Below, in pieces: positions 47,709 through 56,733 of a stretch of 64,000 nucleotides of DNA. This DNA is from a virus (Duplodnaviria > Caudoviricetes): positions 128,001 to 192,000 of the IMG/VR virus record IMGVR_UViG_3300048598_000287, one strand, 5' to 3'. Made by a program: the position numbers and the translations under genes. Numbering within the stretch: the stretch's first letter is position 1; the number at the start of each line of letters is the position of its first letter. Under the pieces are notes generated by a model. It saw nothing but the letters and a program-made list of their open reading frames with translations, made no database searches and was not told the DNA's origin.

Positions 47709-49802
47709 ATGGGCTCCATATTTGAACATTCAATCAATAACCTTGGTATTCCTGAATATTTAAAAACCGCAGTTAAAACCATACGCAAAATATGTATGGA
47801 AGCCGAAGAAGCATCCGGAAATAGTAAAGAATTGGCAAAACAAGAAGAAACACTGCTAAATAATATAAAAAACGTAGTCGTGAATGGAAGCGATCTAAAT
47901 CAATATAATAAAGCAAAAAAAGAATTAATTGACTTTTATACTAAGACAGGAAATCATACAGCAATTAATGCGTATAATACCAATGTAGAAGCAAAGAAAA
48001 CTAATAAAGATATAGAAACCGCATTAAATTCAATGATTTATTCTGCTAGATCAGCGCAGTCAGAAAATATGCAGACCGCACCTGCTACGGCATATTCAAA
48101 TAATAAGACCGGAATAATCGTTTCGACAATAAACGGAAATAAAATAACTGTATATCCGAACGGAACCTCGTATATAAATGGCAATGAAACCGATAAGGCA
48201 ACGGCAACAAAAGCATTGGTGAATGCAGTTAAAATGGCTAATATAAATAAGGCAAAGGCAAAGATGCCCGCATTGGATGAAAACGGAACTCTTCCGGCAG
48301 GTGACCAGTTCATCTATATAAAGGGAGAAAAAATATTCACATCCATTCCATCAGATAAGCAGAAATGGAATAATGTAAAATCTGCGTCAGACGCATATAT
48401 GGCAGAAATGGATAACATCATAACGCCGGCTAAATATGCATTGACTTATCTAGGAGAGGCCAATGCTATTCCTGCAGAAGTTGCACAGACTTCCGCAGGA
48501 GAACCATCAGCGCAGTCAAAGGAGAATAATAAGGTAACTAATCAGAAACCCGATGTAGTAAACCCCGCATCCGGAAAATCAACGAATGCAGCCCAGCCTA
48601 AAAAGGAAATGCGTGAAAATAAATATTCTCCGGTGCAAGTAAAGATGGTGCAGATGCTTCTTAATAATGACAAGTATCATAATTTCCTAGATACTGATGG
48701 AATTATAGGAGAAAACACCTCTGGTGCAGTAGAATTTGCTAAAAATCTAGATGCCGACGGTAAATTCGGTCCTAAAACCGATGCCGCATTCAAGGAACTG
48801 CTCAAAGAAGCTACCGATTTGGTTAAAAATAAGCAGTCCGATCTTAACAAAAATAATAAAGCCGGGATAAAAGAAGATGGGCTGCTTGGTCAAGATACCA
48901 TAAATGCGCTTAAAAAAGCTGGAATAAATGATCCGCAGACCATATTCGGAATAAATCCTGACGCTACGGAAAAAGATGAAACTAAGGAAGAAGATAAATC
49001 TGTGAATGTAGGTAATCCATCGGCGAAAGACTGGCGGCATTCTGAAGAAGCTAAAGCCCATAAAGTTGAAACTGATTTTCTGAATAGTGTTCCTAACACT
49101 ATATCTGCTATGTCCGCCGACAACTCAGTAAAGGAAGACCTTAAAAAGAAATACTCAGCCGCGTTAATTACATTGAGAAACAATATAAGTGCAACTGTAA
49201 AAGAGGAGTCAACACCAGAAATTGCTGCCGGACAGATTCTATATTATCTAAATAGTGGAGTAAAAGGCGGACTATCGTATGAACAGATGTATGACCAGCT
49301 CAAAGAAGATCATATATTAGGTAAATACGTAAGCTCAGGAACAAAGGATCTGAAGAAGAGTCTTCTCCAGCTGACCGATATATGTGAAAAAATAAATCCC
49401 AAAAATGAGCCAGTAGAAGATTCACGAAACCGAGCGGCTGAATCAGTGAACGGGCAGCATGCAAATAGTGCAGAGCCAACCAAAGCATCCGGAGAAAAGG
49501 CAAAAAATCTAGCAAATAGATCATGGGGAGATTTCTTCGAACATCCAGAAAAATATCCAAAAGACTATGCAGGGAAAATAAAGACTGCCACCGAAATGTT
49601 TGCCAAAGATGCCGATTCTAACACAAATGGAACGGATTATACGAAAAGCGCATTAGAATATGCCACAAATAACATGTCATTCAGACGCCCTGACGGAACT
49701 ATTTCATATATGGGAATATCCAATGATGAGCAAACTGCTAGAAGTCAGTTCATTGATGACATGAATGCCATTGTTAAATCTTCTGCCAACGGGGTTAAAT
49801 AA
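47709..49802 (+). CDS. Leader-tagged protein with peptidoglycan-binding (PG_binding_1) repeats
   Basis: Start likely MGSIFEHS by leader alignment (ORF track starts at 47691); three DGxxGxxT motifs. Confidence 0.75.
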   Translation: MGSIFEHSINNLGIPEYLKTAVKTIRKICMEAEEASGNSKELAKQEETLLNNIKNVVVNGSDLNQYNKAKKELIDFYTKTGNHTAINAYNTNVEAKKTNKDIETALNSMIYSARSAQSENMQTAPATAYSNNKTGIIVSTINGNKITVYPNGTSYINGNETDKATATKALVNAVKMANINKAKAKMPALDENGTLPAGDQFIYIKGEKIFTSIPSDKQKWNNVKSASDAYMAEMDNIITPAKYALTYLGEANAIPAEVAQTSAGEPSAQSKENNKVTNQKPDVVNPASGKSTNAAQPKKEMRENKYSPVQVKMVQMLLNNDKYHNFLDTDGIIGENTSGAVEFAKNLDADGKFGPKTDAAFKELLKEATDLVKNKQSDLNKNNKAGIKEDGLLGQDTINALKKAGINDPQTIFGINPDATEKDETKEEDKSVNVGNPSAKDWRHSEEAKAHKVETDFLNSVPNTISAMSADNSVKEDLKKKYSAALITLRNNISATVKEESTPEIAAGQILYYLNSGVKGGLSYEQMYDQLKEDHILGKYVSSGTKDLKKSLLQLTDICEKINPKNEPVEDSRNRAAESVNGQHANSAEPTKASGEKAKNLANRSWGDFFEHPEKYPKDYAGKIKTATEMFAKDADSNTNGTDYTKSALEYATNNMSFRRPDGTISYMGISNDEQTARSQFIDDMNAIVKSSANGVK

Positions 49803-50477
49803 ATGGCATCGATGTTCGATACATATGTGTCTAAACTAGATATGCCGAAGTATTTTCTGGAATCAGTGATATGCCTTAGAAAAATATGCATGGAGGCTGA
49901 TGATGTAGTTCAGTCAGACACGGGTGGAAAAGTAGTGCAAAATAAATCAGCATCAACTACTAATGATATCCCAAGAAAGGCTTCCGGAAAACCGGAACAG
50001 CCAGTTAAATCAGGAAATGAACCATCCACCGCTACAGTAAATTCTGACATAAAGACTTCAGGCAATGTAGAAACTACACCGGAAAATCAAAAGGAAACCC
50101 AGGCAGCAGATAAAGATTCTACGGCTGGAAAGGAACCATCAGATAAAAATGCCGAAGATAAAGATAAAAAGTCAGGCGATAATATAATAACAGCAGATAA
50201 ACTAGATGGAGACAAATTGCTAACGATGTTCAATCAATTTGCCGGCGCACGGCAGGCTGACGTTAACAAAGCACTTATGCAGGCATGCGGAGATCAGAAT
50301 GCAAAAACTATAATAGAGCATGCAAAAAGCTATCAAAAGTCGCATGAACCGATCGATGTTAATCAACAATTCAGTCCATGGATGAAAACTGGAGATGGAA
50401 AACAGCTTGATAAACAAGAAGCCATCCATCTTATTACCAATATACTTAAATATTATGGATTAAAATCAACTAAATGA
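49803..50477 (+). CDS. Leader-tagged hypothetical protein
   Basis: MFDTYVSKLDMP..SVICLRKICMEA, then a disordered linker and helical domain. Confidence 0.75.
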   Translation: MASMFDTYVSKLDMPKYFLESVICLRKICMEADDVVQSDTGGKVVQNKSASTTNDIPRKASGKPEQPVKSGNEPSTATVNSDIKTSGNVETTPENQKETQAADKDSTAGKEPSDKNAEDKDKKSGDNIITADKLDGDKLLTMFNQFAGARQADVNKALMQACGDQNAKTIIEHAKSYQKSHEPIDVNQQFSPWMKTGDGKQLDKQEAIHLITNILKYYGLKSTK

Positions 50478-50944
50478 CAAGCGCAAAATATATATACATA
50501 GCAGCAAACAACATGGCTGACCATCCACTGTACAAGAAAAGCTTCATTCTCGGTGAAGCAGATGATTTGCGCATCCGCCAGATGCAGTATAACAAAATGC
50601 AGAAGGGATTTCAAAAAGTCCACACCGGAGATTTAATATCAATGGACGGGCAAGATAGCCTTCCCTTTCCATTTATCGATTGTATGAAATTTCTTATAGA
50701 AGTGCCCCATAGTAATTCAAAAAACAGACATGATACACTGATCCATTCAATGCTGACGCATGAAAAGCCATTCACGGACTTCATATATAACGTGAAAGAT
50801 AAATCATTGATGAATACCAAGGAAGCATATGCGTTCTATAATTCTTACGATTTCATTAGGGATATAGAAAGAATCAAGGAATTCATAATAGACCGTCTTA
50901 CCGACGGTTCAGGATATGCGTTAACTGAATTTAAATATAAATAA
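50474..50944 (+). CDS. Hypothetical protein, possibly GIY-YIG/T5orf172-like
   Basis: YIYIA..FILGEADDLRIRQMQYN pattern; weak similarity. Confidence 0.35.
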   Translation: MTSAKYIYIAANNMADHPLYKKSFILGEADDLRIRQMQYNKMQKGFQKVHTGDLISMDGQDSLPFPFIDCMKFLIEVPHSNSKNRHDTLIHSMLTHEKPFTDFIYNVKDKSLMNTKEAYAFYNSYDFIRDIERIKEFIIDRLTDGSGYALTEFKYK

Positions 50945-50951
50945 GGAATGT

Positions 50952-51428
50952 ATGTACGTTAAAATAGTCACCCCGGCTGAAATAAAATCAATATTATCAA
51001 ATGAGGTTCAGATTCATAGATTTCCTATGATTTGTTATGAAAGGATAGATCTCCGGATTTCCGGAAAGACACCTGCACAGATAATGGATGACGCCAAAGC
51101 AATGGCTTATGATGCTAATTGGATGGTATTCATCCATGGCGAAAAAATAATCGGACTTGCATGCGTGAAGATATATTATGAAAAGAAAATAGCCAAAGGG
51201 ATGGAATTTGAAGTGGCTGTAGATGCGAAAGGAAATGGATTTTCAAATCAGATGTTGCAATACATTTTCAAGTTTGCCCTGAAAAATGCATGCATATACC
51301 TTGTTCTAACTGCATTTGATAATTCCGCATATAGCTACTGGAAACATCAGGGATTTTCCGATAGCGATACATCGGATGATAGATGCAAAAACCTGTTCAT
51401 ACGCATTCCAGGATCTATCATGGCATAA
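50952..51428 (+). CDS. GNAT-family acetyltransferase
   Basis: VAVDAKGNGFSNQML acetyl-CoA motif and AYSYWKHQGF. Confidence 0.75.
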   Translation: MYVKIVTPAEIKSILSNEVQIHRFPMICYERIDLRISGKTPAQIMDDAKAMAYDANWMVFIHGEKIIGLACVKIYYEKKIAKGMEFEVAVDAKGNGFSNQMLQYIFKFALKNACIYLVLTAFDNSAYSYWKHQGFSDSDTSDDRCKNLFIRIPGSIMA

Positions 51429-51654
51429 GATATTTCACGCATGCTGAAAACAGGGTAAGCAAGAAAATGATTGCCGGAATACATATAATTAACGACCAGC
51501 ATATTTTTCTCTTATTATATATATTTGTTTCAATATTGTACAGCTTAAGATAAACAAGAGTGACAAAAAACTCATTTATCAAAAACATCCCTATCGTTTG
51601 AAAAATATTACGGTATTTGCTTATATTATTTCTTTCCATTCTTATCGATATCAT
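51418..51654 (-). CDS. Small membrane protein
   Basis: Two hydrophobic segments; AGGA SD. Confidence 0.5.
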   Translation of the reverse strand: MISIRMERNNISKYRNIFQTIGMFLINEFFVTLVYLKLYNIETNIYNKRKICWSLIICIPAIIFLLTLFSACVKYLMP

Positions 51655-51668
51655 ATTTTCCTACCTAA

Positions 51669-52091
51669 TTAAATAGCTATGTATATAAGATCATAATCAG
51701 AAACAACCGGTTTTCCAGAAACATCACGGGCGATCCCTCTTCCTACAGGAAATAAGTTTAAGTTTCGGATGCCAATGCTTTCGCATAGATTTTTAAGACG
51801 TTTACCGTATTTATTAGAGGCACATTTGAAAGTCATTAAAAGTTTGCCGTCCTTTTTTTCAGCAGCGATGCACGTTCCCATTATTGTCTCCGTCCATACC
51901 ATATCTGCACGTATTTTTTTAATCTCCCGCTCAAGCGGAGAATATTCCTGAATTATGTACTTTTTACCATCTATGACGGATTTAACTATATCATCTATAG
52001 CAGATTCCGCATACCATCTTCCGGAAGCTGTTGGATGGGTTGAATCAATAACTTCTCCGGTGAATGCGTAGTCTATTTTAGTTCTTGGCAT
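51669..52091 (-). CDS. Prohead protease (gp21)-like paralogue, apparently catalytically inactive
   Basis: SGRWY, YGKRLKNL, NLFPVGRG and VVSDYDLIYI parallel gp21 NGRxY, TPxGxI, GVSSRGxG and VxDDFxL. Confidence 0.5.
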   Translation of the reverse strand: MPRTKIDYAFTGEVIDSTHPTASGRWYAESAIDDIVKSVIDGKKYIIQEYSPLEREIKKIRADMVWTETIMGTCIAAEKKDGKLLMTFKCASNKYGKRLKNLCESIGIRNLNLFPVGRGIARDVSGKPVVSDYDLIYIAI

Positions 52092-52380
52092 TTTTAACTC
52101 TCCGTATGCAGTCTTCTCCGCATAATATCTCCATACTGCGTTCCATTGCCTTCATCCTTCTTTGCCAGTAATCGCTGATCCCGCGAAGGAATAGCCGCAT
52201 CTGCGGACCGGTGTCCTTATCATTTATCACATCTATCGCATCGCCATAGAATTTTCGGCACATGGCGAATTCTTTGCTAAGCCGGTCTTCATTACCTACG
52301 AGATTATCATACACTTCTTTCTGCTTAGGAGTGAATGATTTCATCAAATTGGATCTTACCTCATCTGTCATATTAGTCAT
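52078..52380 (-). CDS. Hypothetical protein
   Basis: GAGG SD and operon packing. Confidence 0.65.
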   Translation of the reverse strand: MTNMTDEVRSNLMKSFTPKQKEVYDNLVGNEDRLSKEFAMCRKFYGDAIDVINDKDTGPQMRLFLRGISDYWQRRMKAMERSMEILCGEDCIRRVKNAKN

Positions 52381-52381
52381 A

Positions 52382-53239
52382 TCACTTCCTCATCGGAAAA
52401 TTTTCTATTAAATATTTATGAACGGTCACCGCATCATTTAGATCTTTAAGAAACGTTGAATGCGCATATTTATCTATTGGCCTAGGATGATCTATATGGG
52501 TTATTCCAGATCTAGGAAACCCCATTGCCATCAGGGAAATATTTTCATCATAAAAGCATTCGATTCCTAGAAAGCTGTCCTCTCCTCCCCATCTTCCTGA
52601 AAATATAGAAGAAAACACCTCCGAAATACCATAATATTTCTTATTTATTTCTTTTATTCTTCTAACGGCAAGTGCATTCATTCCAATGTTACATGACCAA
52701 AGAACCGCAGAATCCAAAACAGCGGCTTCATAAGAAACTTCAGATATGTTATCACTGAATATATTAGGATATTTATTATGTTCACGCTGGTCAGAAAATC
52801 CTAGAACGGCATCATTTCGCTTTCCGCAAACAACTGATGGAGAATCCTTTGGGAGGAATTTGTTATATCCCTCTATTATACAGCATTCAGGAATGCAATC
52901 GCCGTCTATGCATACGATACGGTCGCATCCATCAGAAATAGCCTTATCAATGCAAACATTCCGGCAGAATCCAGAAAGGAAATACGGCATTCCTGCAGTC
53001 ATCATTGGACGGCGAAGTCCACACGGAACGTCATAATTTTCAATTAGATTGATGAAATCAAATCCAGAATCATGTATTATATTTCTAGCCGTACTAACAT
53101 CAGATTCGACATCTCTGTCCATCAGGTAATATATTGCATCTGGGCGTAATGTCATATCAGATATTTTGCCTATGATGTAAGGCAGATATCGTATCTGGCC
53201 TTTACTTATGATTATTAATCCGGTCATTTCAGAATACAA
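52382..53239 (-). CDS. Glycosyltransferase family 2 (GT-A)
   Basis: CRN, IDGDCIP (DxD), WSCNIG, WGGED and HIDH motifs. Confidence 0.85.
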   Translation of the reverse strand: MYSEMTGLIIISKGQIRYLPYIIGKISDMTLRPDAIYYLMDRDVESDVSTARNIIHDSGFDFINLIENYDVPCGLRRPMMTAGMPYFLSGFCRNVCIDKAISDGCDRIVCIDGDCIPECCIIEGYNKFLPKDSPSVVCGKRNDAVLGFSDQREHNKYPNIFSDNISEVSYEAAVLDSAVLWSCNIGMNALAVRRIKEINKKYYGISEVFSSIFSGRWGGEDSFLGIECFYDENISLMAMGFPRSGITHIDHPRPIDKYAHSTFLKDLNDAVTVHKYLIENFPMRK

Positions 53240-54170
53240 TCCCCGCGATTCCTAAGATAATCGCAAGTATAGACAGCGAAATACATATAATTGGGATGTT
53301 CGTTTTATGAACATCCGCCTCAATGGCGCCGATCCTGTCACCCATTGATGCTATGCATGAAACAACTGACCTGTCTTGAACTATAACCTTATTAAGTTTG
53401 TCAACTACCTGACTTTGATTTGATCCATACTTTCCCAAGATGTCATAAATCTCATCCATTTTTCCTGCTAGTTCAACTATAGCGAATTCATTAGGAGGAT
53501 CAAGTACGTCCCCATCTTCATCAGATTGATTATAATCGGAAAATACCGATTTAAGCATATTGTCAGCAATAGAATAATCTTCTGAATATGGATTTCTAAT
53601 ATTCCTTCTATCAATTATCTTATCAGTTATTTTTTCAGACGGAAGTTTAGGCGAATCAAAGTTATCTATCGGTGTGGTAGGCAATATAGATGCCGGTATA
53701 GAACTATAATATTCTATAGAGTATCCGGATTTTTTCTCTACATGGGTAAGTGAAAAATTTCCAGGACCACTGTTTATGAATTTTATTCCATCATGTGAAG
53801 ATGATACCGAATACAGCATTATTTTCGTTATTAATCCTTCAGAAAGAAATGATCTGGCGGTTTGATTACCACCTAGAATGAATACATCATTCCCTATTTT
53901 TTTTGCCATAGCAAGTGCAGTGTATACATTATTTGTATACGCAGTATTTTTTTGTTTTGCCTTGAAATTTCCAGAAAAAATTATTCTACCAGAAACGCGC
54001 GTCCTATGAAAGCAGCTAAGTTCATTGTATGCATTTTTCCCTAGTATAATTGTTTTTCCCTTAATTACACTTTCCATTGCCTTATGAATTTCCGTGCAAT
54101 CCCATGGAATCTTAGTTCCGTCTCCTATCGTATGATTGGCATCTATTGTAAGCATCAATGTTATATTCAT
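53229..54170 (-). CDS. DHFR-like domain fused to a coiled coil and C-terminal TM anchor
   Basis: IG..KIPW, IILGKNAY and VFILGG motifs; hydrophobic C-terminus. Confidence 0.7.
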   Translation of the reverse strand: MNITLMLTIDANHTIGDGTKIPWDCTEIHKAMESVIKGKTIILGKNAYNELSCFHRTRVSGRIIFSGNFKAKQKNTAYTNNVYTALAMAKKIGNDVFILGGNQTARSFLSEGLITKIMLYSVSSSHDGIKFINSGPGNFSLTHVEKKSGYSIEYYSSIPASILPTTPIDNFDSPKLPSEKITDKIIDRRNIRNPYSEDYSIADNMLKSVFSDYNQSDEDGDVLDPPNEFAIVELAGKMDEIYDILGKYGSNQSQVVDKLNKVIVQDRSVVSCIASMGDRIGAIEADVHKTNIPIICISLSILAIILGIAGIVF

Positions 54171-54207
54171 ATGTTCCAGATAATATCACATACTTAAAAT
54201 ATAATTT

Positions 54208-55587
54208 TCACCGGAAATATATATGAAGATTCTTTGACGCTCTGGTAAAAGCCGTATATTTAAGCTTGTTACGCTCAACGATATCCCAGTCTAACCTGTT
54301 TATATCGTTTTCCACCACATATACATTATCTATAGTAGATCCCTGTGCTTTGTGCACCGTCATAGCATATGTGTAATTTACATAGCAGAAGGAATTTACG
54401 AAATCGTAATAATTAGACCAGGCTTCCCTCCGGGTATACATTTTCCCTCCGCTTATTGGATCCACCTGTGTACAATGCATTCTTGCAGTATTTATAAGGT
54501 TATTCTTTGCTATGATATATGCAGAACGTCCTGCAAAAGACAGCACTTTAACATGCCGTTCACTACGTTTCTTACTGTTTGCGGCATAATTATCAACTAG
54601 TAAATCCCACGATGGAATTGCATTTTCTGAATCAAATGTCTTTACTGCCGCTTTAACCGAAAGCCGTTCTCCGTTTGCATATACCTGCATATCAGCTCCA
54701 CCGGCCAATTTAACTGTATATCCCTCTGTAACGACAAGATCGTCTCCTGGAACATATTCATCAACATCATTGCCAAATATGTTACGTCTTATATATCCGT
54801 TAGATGCATCTACAGCTTCGTTAGTATAAGCTAGAAGCCGGCAATAATTTTTATTCTCCACATAATTGTCTGATTTAAAATCGGAAAGAAGATTATCAAA
54901 AAAAATCGGCTTCATCGTATAAAAATGAACTCCATTTCCTAACGAGTTTACCTTGTCCTCCCGAACGAACAGGTCATTTGGGCATAGAAGGTTTTCTCTG
55001 ATTGGAGTAACTATATCAAGTATAGGATTATCATCAGAAACCCGCATGACTTTTGTGAGCTTATATATATGGCTAATGGATTTGAACACTGCCGAACTTT
55101 TATATTTCACAGGAGGAAGCTGTGCTTCATCACCGACATATAGTAGTTTAAGCTCGTTATATTGGGCCATTACCGAATGTATCATGACAAGAAGTTCATC
55201 ATTTATCATTGAAGCTTCATCTATGACGATTAGCTTATATTTTCCGGCAAATCCAGAACTATCGCGGATGAGAATTTTACCTTTATCTTCGTTATTTTCA
55301 AGTTTAAGTCCAAGAATGGCGCATATTGTCTTATCATATTCTTTTCCGCTTCTTTGCGAAAGTACGCGGACAGCTTCATTCGTATATGCAGTACAATAAT
55401 ATTTTATATGAAGCTCTTTAGTGACTTCTTTTAAAAATACATTCAGCAGTGATGTCTTTCCAGTACCTGCGGCTCCTGTTAGTACCATTTCTCGCTCTGA
55501 TTTATCCTTCATGAACGTCATCATATCGGCAAGACCGTTACGCTGATCCAGGCTTAGCTGTTTTTTCGTTATAAGATACGGGGTCAT
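54208..55587 (-). CDS. dda: SF1B DNA helicase, Dda-like
   Basis: GAAGTGKT, IDEASM, GDEAQLPPV, AMTVHKAQGST and YTAFTRA motifs. Confidence 0.9.
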   Translation of the reverse strand: MTPYLITKKQLSLDQRNGLADMMTFMKDKSEREMVLTGAAGTGKTSLLNVFLKEVTKELHIKYYCTAYTNEAVRVLSQRSGKEYDKTICAILGLKLENNEDKGKILIRDSSGFAGKYKLIVIDEASMINDELLVMIHSVMAQYNELKLLYVGDEAQLPPVKYKSSAVFKSISHIYKLTKVMRVSDDNPILDIVTPIRENLLCPNDLFVREDKVNSLGNGVHFYTMKPIFFDNLLSDFKSDNYVENKNYCRLLAYTNEAVDASNGYIRRNIFGNDVDEYVPGDDLVVTEGYTVKLAGGADMQVYANGERLSVKAAVKTFDSENAIPSWDLLVDNYAANSKKRSERHVKVLSFAGRSAYIIAKNNLINTARMHCTQVDPISGGKMYTRREAWSNYYDFVNSFCYVNYTYAMTVHKAQGSTIDNVYVVENDINRLDWDIVERNKLKYTAFTRASKNLHIYFR

Positions 55588-55641
55588 ATTGCCTTCTTAT
55601 GAATTTGCATCAAATATACACATTTGCATAGCGTTTGGCAA

Positions 55642-56730
55642 TCAATATATTGTTGTCATGAACTGTGTGGCGTCAATCGCATCGCCTATGGAATCATATA
55701 TTCTTGCCTCATGATTAATGCTCTGATGATCGTATTTAAGCCTGGTGCATAGATCTTCTATGCGAGCTTCTCTATCTTTAGCATTATATGCCTTTTCATT
55801 TATTCCTATCCGTGATCTTTCCGGACGAGGCAACGTCCGTAATTTCAACAGGCATCTTAGCGCATTGTCAAGCTTGTTCATCTTGACATCATAGATATAT
55901 CGATAATAGAATCCTTCTGCCCTGTCAGGAGAATTTTCTATCATATCCATAGTGAGTTCATTAGCAAGATCAAATTTCCCATTAGTCAATGCCGCACTGG
56001 CAACATAGTCAGCGGCAATCAATACTTCCTCGAATTCCCAGTATGGAAATTCAGCCAAGCAAATTTCATACCATATTCTGGCCAAATGCTTGTTTCCCAT
56101 GTCCTTATATGTGGTTGCTATATAATATGCAGTACGAAGAGAATGTCCGTCTTTCCACCATTTTATAAGAGCTCTAAGATTTCTGGATACATCACGTTTA
56201 CGCTTAAAATTTATAAAGTCATTCCTGAAAGTTATCACTTTCTTGTTTTCACATGAATCTATTACATATTCATGTATAGGATTCACAAAAGTCGAGCTTT
56301 TTCGAAGAGATATTCTAAGCCTAGGAAAATTGAACCGTTTCGTTATGGTGGTAAACATGACGATATTAACTGCCGGATATTTAGACGTAGCTTTATCAAA
56401 TTTATTTCTTACTTCAATAGGATTGGTAAGCATATCATTTACATCTACCCACATCGCATATTCTTTAGTAGCAAGTGAATATCCATAATTTTTTGCCTTT
56501 CCAAAATCAAAGTTACCGTCATCATCTGAAAATGCCGAGCCAACCGCATCTATAATAACCGGAATACGTGCCGATTTCTTAAATTTTCTTGCTTCATCAA
56601 TGGTGCCATCAGTAGATCCAGTATCCACCACTATGATCTCATCGGCAAGACCTACTAGTCGGTCAAGGCATTCGCGTATTTTACCCGCACCATTTTTTAC
56701 AACCAAAGATACTGAAAGTTCGTGCCGCAT
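55642..56730 (-). CDS. GT2 glycosyltransferase with TPR-like C-terminus
   Basis: VVKN, DEIIVVDTGSTDGT, DFGKAKN, WVDVND and PIHE motifs, followed by helical repeats. Confidence 0.85.
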   Translation of the reverse strand: MRHELSVSLVVKNGAGKIRECLDRLVGLADEIIVVDTGSTDGTIDEARKFKKSARIPVIIDAVGSAFSDDDGNFDFGKAKNYGYSLATKEYAMWVDVNDMLTNPIEVRNKFDKATSKYPAVNIVMFTTITKRFNFPRLRISLRKSSTFVNPIHEYVIDSCENKKVITFRNDFINFKRKRDVSRNLRALIKWWKDGHSLRTAYYIATTYKDMGNKHLARIWYEICLAEFPYWEFEEVLIAADYVASAALTNGKFDLANELTMDMIENSPDRAEGFYYRYIYDVKMNKLDNALRCLLKLRTLPRPERSRIGINEKAYNAKDREARIEDLCTRLKYDHQSINHEARIYDSIGDAIDATQFMTTIY

Positions 56731-56733
56731 GAG

